A stretch of 64,000 bases of DNA from a virus (taxonomy: Duplodnaviria > Heunggongvirae > Uroviricota > Caudoviricetes): IMG/VR virus record IMGVR_UViG_3300018080_000114; one strand, written 5' to 3'. The notes beneath the pieces were generated by a model that saw only the letters and a list, made by a program, of their open reading frames with translations, did no database searches and was not told where the DNA came from. The translations under genes and the position numbers were made by a program. Shown here in pieces: positions 16,876 to 26,100 of the stretch. Position 1 is the stretch's first letter. The number at the start of each line of letters is the position of its first letter.

Positions 16876-17307
16876 ATGGCAGAGGTGACAAAGGAGCTGA
16901 TTACTGAGATAGCGACTCTTTGTGAGATGACAGGATGGAAGAACGATCCTAAGGGGCAGTTGGTGTCTTTGCAAGTGAAAACACGTCACATGTCCATTAC
17001 GTATGGGGCGATTGTGGAACTGATGGAGCTGTACATGCTTGGTTTGGAGGACACGTTGCGAAGGTCATTTATGGATTCCACACGTGCGCCTGAGGTGAAG
17101 GTGGGGGATGTGGAAGACCTTCCAGTTATGGATTTGCGGTATGTGGATCGATTGGAAGGTGGGACATTGTTCTTCCCATCTGTGACTGAGCTGGCGGCTG
17201 TGGACGGTGTGAAGGATCGGGAGGTGGTTTGGGTGTGCAAGCGAACGGCTGCTGGTTTTTGTCGTGTTCCGCTTGCAGTTCGCGTGGAGTCAAAGGAGGC
17301 GTCGTAG
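16876..17307 (+). CDS. hypothetical protein (143 aa)
   Basis: ORF track; GGAGGATAAG RBS. Confidence 0.5.
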   Translation: MAEVTKELITEIATLCEMTGWKNDPKGQLVSLQVKTRHMSITYGAIVELMELYMLGLEDTLRRSFMDSTRAPEVKVGDVEDLPVMDLRYVDRLEGGTLFFPSVTELAAVDGVKDREVVWVCKRTAAGFCRVPLAVRVESKEAS

Positions 17308-17425
17308 GAGCTGACGAAATGAGGTGTATGGACAAGTTGTTTCTCGTGTGGTTGGGTTTCAAGTTACTGGTGGATGGATTTGGATTCATCTACATTATCA
17401 TTAGATTGCGTCGAGGAGGTCTGTA

Positions 17426-17734
17426 ATGGCGAAGAAGACAAGTACTGGTATCGAACTGTTTGGGAACCGTCTTTTGGTGGAGTACATCAAGCCGGATGAG
17501 AAGTCCAAGGGTGGCGTGTTGCTTCCTGGTTCGGTGCGTGAGGGCAGCTTCAAGAAGGCGACGGTGCGAGTTGTCGGGCAGGGGACGGCGATGGAAGATG
17601 GCACGTTCATCGATCCTATCGTGAAGGTGGGTGATGAGATTCTTCTCCCTGCATCGACTGGTGTCGCGGTGGATATCGGCACGGATAAGCTGCATTTGGT
17701 CAAGGAGACAGATATCATTGGGATTCTGAAATGA
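17426..17734 (+). CDS. groES: co-chaperonin GroES homolog
   Basis: Aligns along its length with bacterial GroES (LLVEYIK...KGGVLLPGS...VVGQG....VKVGDEIL...ETDIIGIL), ~100 aa. Confidence 0.8.
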   Translation: MAKKTSTGIELFGNRLLVEYIKPDEKSKGGVLLPGSVREGSFKKATVRVVGQGTAMEDGTFIDPIVKVGDEILLPASTGVAVDIGTDKLHLVKETDIIGILK

Positions 17735-17946
17735 GAATCAAGAGCAAGATCAAGACAGATGCAATGCGGAAGGCCATATTGGCAGCTACGGCATCTGCAT
17801 TGGGTCCCATGTATGATCCGTCAAAGGAAGATGAATACGTGCAGCTATTCATCGATCATTTCTTGCATCCTGTCAAGTGTGCATTCCAGGAGACCGATTG
17901 GTCTAAGGCTAAGATTGTCAATGGTTTGAGGAGACGATTGAAATGA
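17731..17946 (+). CDS. hypothetical protein (71 aa)
   Basis: ORF track; coupled start/stop. Confidence 0.4.
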   Translation: MRIKSKIKTDAMRKAILAATASALGPMYDPSKEDEYVQLFIDHFLHPVKCAFQETDWSKAKIVNGLRRRLK

Positions 17947-18194
17947 GAGTGAATATGAAGAGCCATGCACGAGTGAAGTTAGAGACAGTGGATGCTGGGT
18001 CTGCTTTTGTGGCGGCTGGTCATCGCCAGAAGTTGATGCAGGTCCTGGATTTGACTGTCACAGATGAGTTCACACATCAGCCGGTGCTCCGGAAGGACAT
18101 GGTCTATGTGTGTTCAGTGGAGACAGGTGTAGTTGAGGCACTACCTAAGAACCTTGAGGTGGAGCTGAGAGAGGTGGAAGTTTCAGAAATCTGA
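17943..18194 (+). CDS. hypothetical protein (83 aa)
   Basis: ORF track. Confidence 0.4.
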   Translation: MRVNMKSHARVKLETVDAGSAFVAAGHRQKLMQVLDLTVTDEFTHQPVLRKDMVYVCSVETGVVEALPKNLEVELREVEVSEI

Positions 18195-18321
18195 CAAATT
18201 TCCAAAAAACAGCGAACATATTTTCTGTTGTGGCGTATAGGTAGTATCTGCGATGACGGAAAAGGTCTGTTTACGGAAGGTGGACATGCGAAAACACCTG
18301 AAATGTGACGTTAGAATCGAA

Positions 18322-18350
18322 AGAGCCTTGAGTGGGGCTCTTTTGTTTTT
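18322..18350 (+). terminator. rho-independent terminator
   Basis: AGAGCC-TTGAGTGG-GGCTCT hairpin followed by TTTGTTTTT. Confidence 0.55.
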
Positions 18351-18388
18351 ATAGAAAAACAGGTCACATTCACATCGGAGGAGCAACC

Positions 18389-19228
18389 ATGAGTAAGCGA
18401 ATCGCATCACTTGTCCTGTTGATGATCATCGTCATTGGAGGGAATTTGGGGTATGTGAACTGGGGGATGATGAAGCACCGTGAGCGCATGAACAACATCG
18501 AACACCAGTCCTATGGTCGGGACATGCAGTTGCGGAATGGGCTTCAGCATTTGAATCATGATTGGAGTTCACGTGTCACAGCTTTTCGTATGCCTTCTGT
18601 TGTGGCTGTGCTTACAGAGTATACTCATGTCAATCCCATTACTAGAAAGCCGGTTCAAGGGTATGCGGCTGGGATGGTTATTGGAGACGGATTGATCTTG
18701 ACAGCTGCACATGTAGTGAGTAATGTGCAGGCAAAGGGAGCACATGAAATCAAGAGAATGTATATTCGGTTCTTTGATGGGACAGTGCGAGACGTGCTGA
18801 AAGTGGCTCACCCATATGGGGATTGTCCGGATGTGGGGCTCATTTGGTTTGATTCAGGGGGCCTGGATCTGCATCCGGTTACTACATCAGAGTGGGATCA
18901 GGAAGTGGTTCAGGGCGAGCCGGTCTTATTGATGGGCACACCAAAGAAAAATGAGCATTCAGTTTCATCTGGCATCGTGAGTTGTGTGAATCGTTTGGAT
19001 ATGGGGCCATACGATTTTATTGATTCATACATTCAGATTGATGCACCAGGGAATCAAGGGAATTCTGGTGGTCCAGCTTTCGATAGGGATGGGAACTTCA
19101 TTGGGATGTTCGTGTGGTTGTTTGTGCAGCATGATGGCCTGTGCTTTTTGGTGCCAGCGGATCGAGTCCTGGAAGGCATCCTATCATGTGAAGATCCAAT
19201 CGAGTTGCCAGTGGGAGTGTCCGGATGA
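18389..19228 (+). CDS. membrane-anchored trypsin-like (S1) serine protease
   Basis: N-terminal TM helix; TAAHV (His), and GNSGGPAF serine motif; ATG after GGAGGAGCAACC. Confidence 0.65.
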   Translation: MSKRIASLVLLMIIVIGGNLGYVNWGMMKHRERMNNIEHQSYGRDMQLRNGLQHLNHDWSSRVTAFRMPSVVAVLTEYTHVNPITRKPVQGYAAGMVIGDGLILTAAHVVSNVQAKGAHEIKRMYIRFFDGTVRDVLKVAHPYGDCPDVGLIWFDSGGLDLHPVTTSEWDQEVVQGEPVLLMGTPKKNEHSVSSGIVSCVNRLDMGPYDFIDSYIQIDAPGNQGNSGGPAFDRDGNFIGMFVWLFVQHDGLCFLVPADRVLEGILSCEDPIELPVGVSG

Positions 19229-19605
19229 ATAAAGCACAGATGCGTCTCTTGGAAGCGGAGCAAACGTTCCGAGGGACACGATACGATAATGTAGTGACCG
19301 AAGCTTCTCGACTCTATGCAGCCGGGAAGCTATCGGCATGTCTAGAGAAACTGGAGCAATTGCCAACTGAGGCACAGCTTCTTAAGCAGCTGATGGAGAA
19401 GTTGAAGGGCAAAAGTGTTCATACCACCTTGAAGCGTTTGGCCAAGGGTCACGGTGTGGGGACAGTGACAGAGGCGGTTGCCACAACTTCTTTGTTGACT
19501 CATGCTTTGTTGGAGATTAAGCAAGGGAACTGGGAGTACAAGAAACTGGCCATCTCTATCCTGGAGAAGGCTACCGACAAAATCTATGGATTGGAGAGGG
19601 ACTGA
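19225..19605 (+). CDS. hypothetical protein (126 aa)
   Basis: ORF track. Confidence 0.45.
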   Translation: MNKAQMRLLEAEQTFRGTRYDNVVTEASRLYAAGKLSACLEKLEQLPTEAQLLKQLMEKLKGKSVHTTLKRLAKGHGVGTVTEAVATTSLLTHALLEIKQGNWEYKKLAISILEKATDKIYGLERD

Positions 19606-20363
19606 TGGATAACACGAGTGGATCTCACTATGATCGTTTGCTGGCTCAGGTGCAGGAAGATATGGGCATGTGCCCTGTGGACTCAGAGAAGGAGATTCGT
19701 ATTGCTTTTGAGAATACGGACATGGGCCGTTCGCTGGATATCAATGAGTGGGACGTGGTCTATGAGGGCGATCAGTGGTGGATCGTGGCAGACAATGGTT
19801 CTCAGTGGTCTGTGAATGAAACGGAGAATGCGGAGGCTCCGTTTCAGTTTGATCTAGTCGAGGAGACGAACGAGAGTCAAGTCGATGAGGAGGAGATGGA
19901 TCAGGATGGCGCTGAGTATGCCGTCGATGAGGATCAGAAGGTGGATGAAGAGGAAGAGAAAGACGAGGAAAAGAAGGATAAGGAAGAGGGAGGGTCCGGA
20001 GGGCTGAAGGGAACCATAGACGATCTCTACAAGAAGGCAGAGAGGAATCCGGATCGAGAAGAGAAGGAAGAGGAAAAGAAGGAAGAGGATGATACTACGG
20101 ATGATTTCTTGGCAGGTGGGGACGCTGATGATGCAGAGGATGGTGATTTTGATCCAGAGCAGCTTCGTATGGGTCAGCATCATGAGTTGGAGCACACGAG
20201 TAATCCAGCGGTAGCGTTGGAGATTGCGAAGGATCATCTGAAGGGAGATCCCCTGTATTACACCAAGCTGAAGAGGATGGAGGCGGGTGAGTGCGACCAT
20301 CCAGAAGACGAAGAGCTGTACAAAAAGATGGGTCGCGGAAAACGTAAGGAGGAGGCTGAATAG
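19605..20363 (+). CDS. highly acidic protein (252 aa, D/E/K-rich repeats)
   Basis: Long EEEKDEEKKDKEE low-complexity region in a complete ORF. Confidence 0.5.
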   Translation: MDNTSGSHYDRLLAQVQEDMGMCPVDSEKEIRIAFENTDMGRSLDINEWDVVYEGDQWWIVADNGSQWSVNETENAEAPFQFDLVEETNESQVDEEEMDQDGAEYAVDEDQKVDEEEEKDEEKKDKEEGGSGGLKGTIDDLYKKAERNPDREEKEEEKKEEDDTTDDFLAGGDADDAEDGDFDPEQLRMGQHHELEHTSNPAVALEIAKDHLKGDPLYYTKLKRMEAGECDHPEDEELYKKMGRGKRKEEAE

Positions 20364-20374
20364 GGGGATAGGTC

Positions 20375-21136
20375 ATGGGAGGACTTATCAATGCTCGGTT
20401 CCAGAAGGAGCCGAACGGTGGTATAGCTGTTAATCTCCAAGACCAAACATCGAAGGCTATTGGGTATTGGTTTCACATCGATAAGGCAACAGTCACATTG
20501 GCGTCTGGGGTAGCTGAAGAAGATCAGCAGATTACACTTCAGGCGGGGCATGGAGCGGTGGTTGGTGATGGGATAATCATCAAAGAGGGCACAGAGTACT
20601 ACGAAGGGATCATTATTGGGGTGACAGTCAATTTGATTGATCTGGACACTCCGTTGGATGCAGCATTCACAGTGAATGCTGATACGCATCTTGTGAATTA
20701 TGACTTGGCTGTAGATGGGACCACGGTCAAGATTGCAAGAGTCACGCCACATGCGGGCGTTCAGTGGGATGTCACACGCATTTATGTTGCGATTGCTGAT
20801 GCGACTGCAATGGATGATGGGAAATTTGGTGGCATTGCGGCACTGTCAAAGGGATGTGTGTTGCGTGGCAAGTATGATGGGAACTATGTGAACATCATCA
20901 ATGTCAAGACGAATCAAGATCTTGGTATGGCGTGCAATGTTCAGGAGTATCATGCGAAAGCGCCAGGTGGTGAGTACGGTTTCCGTTGTATGGTTCAGAT
21001 AGCTGGTCAAGCGGCGGTCGGTGTTGCTATCCGATTGGATGGGGACAATGATCAGGAGCTTCAGCTTCTGATTCAGGATGACTTGACGGATTTGTCGAGT
21101 TTCAGGGTTCGAGTTCAAGGGCACGTGGTTGTCTAG
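20375..21136 (+). CDS. putative virion structural protein (253 aa)
   Basis: Beta-rich, Gly/Val/Thr-rich composition; position at the start of the structural block. Confidence 0.4.
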   Translation: MGGLINARFQKEPNGGIAVNLQDQTSKAIGYWFHIDKATVTLASGVAEEDQQITLQAGHGAVVGDGIIIKEGTEYYEGIIIGVTVNLIDLDTPLDAAFTVNADTHLVNYDLAVDGTTVKIARVTPHAGVQWDVTRIYVAIADATAMDDGKFGGIAALSKGCVLRGKYDGNYVNIINVKTNQDLGMACNVQEYHAKAPGGEYGFRCMVQIAGQAAVGVAIRLDGDNDQELQLLIQDDLTDLSSFRVRVQGHVVV

Positions 21137-21151
21137 GAGAAGGAGATAAGG

Positions 21152-21607
21152 ATGGGTAAGAGGGACTACAGAGTAAATCAACCGATCACGGTTTTGTATC
21201 AAGCACCAAACAAAGCATCTGGAGAGACAGTTGAAGTCGAAATCTACCTTCCTAACGGGTCTAAGGATTCAAACTTTCCTGATTTCACATTGACGGAGAG
21301 AGGATCTTCTGGAACCTATGTGGGGGAATTCACTCCTGATACCATGGGCGAATGGCAGGCCATTATTCATTTGGATGATGGATCTGGACAAGTCACTAAG
21401 AGATACTCTGTCGGCACATATGATGTCACTGGAGTGGGTGTGGCTGTCGAGGACGTGGATGACAAGGTGGACATCATCGATTCAGTTGTGGATGGATTGG
21501 ACACACAGATCGGTGGTATGGATACTCAATTGGATACCATGGAGGGTAAGATTGATTCGATTCAGGGCTCGGTGGGGTCAATTGATACGCCACCTATGGT
21601 AAGCTGA
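21152..21607 (+). CDS. putative structural protein with C-terminal repeat (151 aa)
   Basis: C-terminal VDDKVDIIDSVVDGLDTQIGGMDTQLDTMEGKIDSIQG periodic repeats. Confidence 0.4.
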   Translation: MGKRDYRVNQPITVLYQAPNKASGETVEVEIYLPNGSKDSNFPDFTLTERGSSGTYVGEFTPDTMGEWQAIIHLDDGSGQVTKRYSVGTYDVTGVGVAVEDVDDKVDIIDSVVDGLDTQIGGMDTQLDTMEGKIDSIQGSVGSIDTPPMVS

Positions 21608-21629
21608 TGCGTTAGAGGCTGGAGGGCTT

Positions 21630-21917
21630 ATGGCTGAAAGATACCCTCCAGGTCGCCACAAGATCTACTATCGATCTACAGCATTCCAAGAAGGTGTCAC
21701 GGTGACAGCATTGATGCTGAGTCCCACTGGAAAGTGGGCTCCGGAAGTGACATTGGATGATGTGGGAAATGGACTGTATCGGTTTGAGGTCGATTTCACT
21801 CAGTCAGGGACATGGGTTGGTCTTTTTGCTGAGGATGGTGAGCGAAAGTTATCGCAAAATTTCTTTGTGTGTAGAGAACGCGCACAACCTCATAGAGGTA
21901 ATCTTTTGAATGGGTGA
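21630..21917 (+). CDS. hypothetical protein (95 aa)
   Basis: ORF track. Confidence 0.4.
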   Translation: MAERYPPGRHKIYYRSTAFQEGVTVTALMLSPTGKWAPEVTLDDVGNGLYRFEVDFTQSGTWVGLFAEDGERKLSQNFFVCRERAQPHRGNLLNG

Positions 21918-22308
21918 GGGACACATGGACAGTGACTACAACAGACTCCTTAGGGAAGTAGAAGAGGATGTGGACGGCTACAACGATGCAGTGTATGATG
22001 CGATAGCTCAAGACCTGGAAAACCTAGCAAACAATTTGAGTGATCAATACTACTTCGCATCAGATGTGCGCAGTGGAGACGCAGCACAAAGTGTCTATGA
22101 CTGGGTCCGTGAGAACAAGCCAGAGGCGTTGGAAGGGTGGCTGAAAGATCCGGAGCATGTCATGGGTGATGATGTGATTTGGAACGCACTGGAAGCATTG
22201 AGGAAAGTCGAGCCGTGGCACAACTTCGATGAGGAAGATGCACTTGGCATGGACATTAGTGACTACGAAAATTGGAAAGCCTCTCGTGGCGATCCGAATG
22301 AGGAGTAG
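21910..22308 (+). CDS. hypothetical acidic protein (132 aa)
   Basis: ORF track; alternative ATG at 21925. Confidence 0.45.
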   Translation: MGEGHMDSDYNRLLREVEEDVDGYNDAVYDAIAQDLENLANNLSDQYYFASDVRSGDAAQSVYDWVRENKPEALEGWLKDPEHVMGDDVIWNALEALRKVEPWHNFDEEDALGMDISDYENWKASRGDPNEE

Positions 22309-22312
22309 TGAC

Positions 22313-22564
22313 ATGAATAAGGCCGAGCGACAAGAATTGGCACGTGCGATAAACATCGGAGGAGAGTGCTTGGCTATCCCGGACACTTGTTATGTGTTGG
22401 AAGATGTCGGGGAGGAGACAGATGACATGGATGCTTTGTTGGACTTGATGCGGCTGATGCGAGTCCTGATGCGGTATCAGCAGTTTGACCTGGAAGCTAC
22501 ACGGCGCGAGCGAGATCAGCTACAGCATATGATAGATGGGTCAGGAGGAATCAATGAAGAGTGA
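22313..22564 (+). CDS. hypothetical protein (83 aa)
   Basis: ATG after GAGGAGTAGTGAC. Confidence 0.4.
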   Translation: MNKAERQELARAINIGGECLAIPDTCYVLEDVGEETDDMDALLDLMRLMRVLMRYQQFDLEATRRERDQLQHMIDGSGGINEE

Positions 22565-22793
22565 ACTGGTGTTGCCGGAAGACAGTGAAACAGTAGATGT
22601 GAAATCAATGACGGACGGCGAGTGGCGGGTGTACATGCACCTGACCATGAGGCAGATGATGAAGCAGTTTTCGAATCACTTGCATCACCACTGGGTGGTG
22701 ACTATCATCTGTGCTTCAGCGGCGCTGGGCGGGATTTCATCGTTTGTGGTTGGACTTATGCTGTTCCTGATGCAGCGTGGATTTGGAGGATAA
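22554..22793 (+). CDS. small protein with C-terminal TM helix (79 aa)
   Basis: ATG after AGGAGGAATCA. Confidence 0.4.
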   Translation: MKSELVLPEDSETVDVKSMTDGEWRVYMHLTMRQMMKQFSNHLHHHWVVTIICASAALGGISSFVVGLMLFLMQRGFGG

Positions 22794-22796
22794 GAC

Positions 22797-23144
22797 ATGG
22801 CTTTGGGTGGAAATCAAATCAGTGGATCATGGATGGAACGTATCTTTTATGATGCGTTGGGCCACACCGGGAACAGCTACTATGTTCGGTTCGTCTTTAA
22901 GGGCGACAGCTCTATTTGGGATGACGTGGCAAAGGCATTGAAGAACAGTCCTACATGGGTTGACACAGCAGTGGATCTAGTTGAGGATGGGACTACAGGG
23001 CAGTTTCCAGTGGTGGTTCCGGCAGACTTACCTCAGGGTGTGTATGATGTTGTGGTCTACAGGAAGGCTGGCAGTGTGGCGGCAAATACGGACGATGTGG
23101 AGAACACATACACCTTGAAGCAGGGATCAATCTTTGGATTCTAA
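22797..23144 (+). CDS. hypothetical protein (115 aa)
   Basis: ORF track; GGAGGATAAGAC RBS. Confidence 0.45.
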   Translation: MALGGNQISGSWMERIFYDALGHTGNSYYVRFVFKGDSSIWDDVAKALKNSPTWVDTAVDLVEDGTTGQFPVVVPADLPQGVYDVVVYRKAGSVAANTDDVENTYTLKQGSIFGF

Positions 23145-23153
23145 GGAGATTCG

Positions 23154-26100
23154 ATGGATCGGCAAGCGTACTTTGATAGGTTGTTTTCGGTGGTGGACAG
23201 TATTCGAGAGTCACACGAGTTCCATCTGAATGAGACGGATTCTGAATGGTTGAAGAATGATATTCAAGCATTCATGAAGAAGTATGGCGTGGAAGATTGG
23301 GACAAGGCTGTGAGCATGTATTCCACTCATAATGTGCTGCCAGAGGACAAGGTACGCGCTGCATTGGGTGAGTCTGTCCTTCAGGAGGAAGAGGAGAGCG
23401 AAGAAGAGAGGCATGCGGCTGCTCAGGATACCGGAGAGAAGGATGAGGTCGATGTGAAGGATGACAGTGATCCGGACAAGGAAGCTGAGTCTCCACATGA
23501 TCCTACGGATGCTGAGATTGAGGATGCCTACAACTACTTCTTGAGATCTGCGAACTTGTCGTCTGATCCTATTCGAAACAATGGGAAGACAGGGGTCTCG
23601 ATTGATTTCGATATGGAGTGCCCACATCGAAAGAGGGGGAAACCTTGCGGATACTGCTACGTGGAGGATAACCGTAAGAATGCACTTAAGTGGATTGAGC
23701 GTATCATGAAGCAGGGTGGGTTGTCTTTGCAGCAGGTGAAGGACAACATTGATGCGCGTAAGTGGATGCATGTGCCTGGGCCTGGATATAAGAGGGACAA
23801 GAAGACTAAGCCTATTGTGCAGGGGAAGTCACCATTTACGATGGGCGCACAGACTCCGTCCATGATTTCAGGTCGTGTGGAGTATAAGCCTGGGACGCTT
23901 CAGAGAAAGCGTAAGCTGTTCAGTCCGGAGAACATCAAGAAGTTCAATGCTTCTGGTGGTGTTCGTTTGTACTCATTCTCGGATTACAATCCAGAGGATG
24001 ATGAGTCATTGGGGGCTCTGTTCAAGGATGCGGACGAGATCGGTCTACAGATCAAGGCCATTTCAAAAGATCCAGAGTTTGTCAAGAAGTGGGCTGATCG
24101 GACTGGTGTTACAAATCTGAGCGTGGATAATCTGGAGAAGGATTACGGCATTCACAGCAATTCGTTGTCATTGGAAGATGCTGTGGCATTGAAGAAGAAA
24201 AAGAAGAATGTGCGGATTCGGACAGTTGCTTTCAATCCTGAGGAAGCTATTCGTTTTGCGAAGGTTCCGGAAGTGGACATTGTGACTCCATTCCATGGTC
24301 GTGTTAATCGTCTTCCAAAGGAGATGCAGGACAAGGCTATGGACATGAAGCATGGGACTCCTGCACATAAGGAGCTGTTCAAGAGAATCAAGTCAGAGCT
24401 GTCCCCAGAAGAGAAGGGCAAGTTCTGTTGCTACACTGGGAAGTGTGACACATGTAAGGTCGGATGTGGGAGTGATAAGCGTGAAGATCCTTGTTCCATT
24501 GATTGGGATGAGATCTTGGATGATGCTCTTGGTGAGAGCACAGATTACATTTCGTATTACAGACAAGGTTGGGTGCGAGCCATGAGGCAGGATGAGGACA
24601 TCATTTGTGAATCGTATGAACATCTTCTAGCGGCACACATGTTGAATGAGCAAGAAGAGGACTTCGAGGAGGAACCTGAGGCTGAAGTTGGGGCCGAGGA
24701 AGATTTCGTGGAAGATGAGGATGAGGAGCTTGCTCCTGAGGAAGAGATGCCTGAGGAAGATTTCATGGAGGACGAGGCTGAGATTCCTGTCCCAGAGGAC
24801 AAGGAGTATGTGGGCAAGTCCGAGGACACACATTTCTACATGGTCCCAGAGAAGAATGATCAGGGTGAGATCATTGACATGAAGATTGTGGACCAGGAAG
24901 AGAACCAGTTGTTCTCAGCTGAAGAGAATGGGATCGAGCCTACAGATATGAGTCTGTTCTTGAACACTGTTTTCCGCGATAGTGATGTTGGTATCTCTGA
25001 GATTGACCGTCAGGTCATCGTAAAGTATATCATTCCAGCAGCTGAGCAAGAGATCGTCAATGATATGGAGGATGAGGAGGAAGAGCTGGCTGGTGATGAT
25101 CTTCCTGCGGACGATCTTGGTGCTGAGGATGAATTTGCTGAGGAGGATGTGGAGGCACCTGAGGGGGAGGGTGACTTTGAGGAAGAGTTGGACGATGAAG
25201 GAGATGAGGAGATGGAGAGTCCCAAGAAGAAGAAAGAACTGATGCGTCCTATGGAGTCGAAGTTGACTGAAAAGAGAGTTGAATTTGATGGCCATGACTT
25301 CGATGTTCAGTTGGTGGATGAGGGAGCTGAGGCTACGGTCATTAGTGTGAACGGGCGAGAGTTCAGTTTCGATTCAGGGTTTGCTGAGCTGTTCCATGAG
25401 GACGGAGCTTTGACGGAATCTGGCGTTGAAGAGTTGGCAAAGGATGCACTGGCGAACTTGGGACAGGAGGAGTTTGAGGCATTGGCTGAGGCTTCAAGTG
25501 GAACCAAGGTGTCAGAGAGTGCAGAGTTCGAAGATCCTACTCGTGAAGAGATGCTGGATGCATTGAAGCCGTTGATGGATGAGGAAGGGTCTGAGTTTGA
25601 CATGGAAGCGGCCATGTACTGGTATGCCAGTGACTATCACAGTGGGCAGAACAGTAATCTGTATTCGGTTTTGAGTACGTCTGAGTATTCTCCTGGCGCA
25701 AGCCATTCGTCTGTTGCGGATGATGGTGAGATGGCAGAGATGATGTATAAGGAATTGGAGGCACAGTTTGGTGGTGAGGGGTCAGAAGAGGGCGAAGAGG
25801 AACATCAGGATGAGCCTGAAGAGTATGATATCTTCTTGTCACCAGCAGGATCTTTGGGTGGTCAGACTCAGGTGAAGGCTGGAGGAAAGGTGATTGGAAC
25901 TTTCAATGACGAGGACGAGGCGCGTCAAGCTGCACGTGAGTGGATGGAAGATAATAAGTTCTGGCCTCCCGTATGGGTGGTCTCAGACCATGGAAACTAT
26001 CATGAGATTTCACTTGGTAGGGAGGATGAGATGGATACGAAAGAATCGAAGGTTGAGGAGCAGGGTGAATTCAAGCACGTGTATTTGGTGAAGTACCTGA

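Noticed and set aside
23600-23660. C-x8-C-x2-C cluster in the giant protein as a radical SAM core
   Set aside because: It is not the canonical CxxxCxxC spacing, and no glycine-rich SAM motif follows. It is reported only as a metal-binding candidate.
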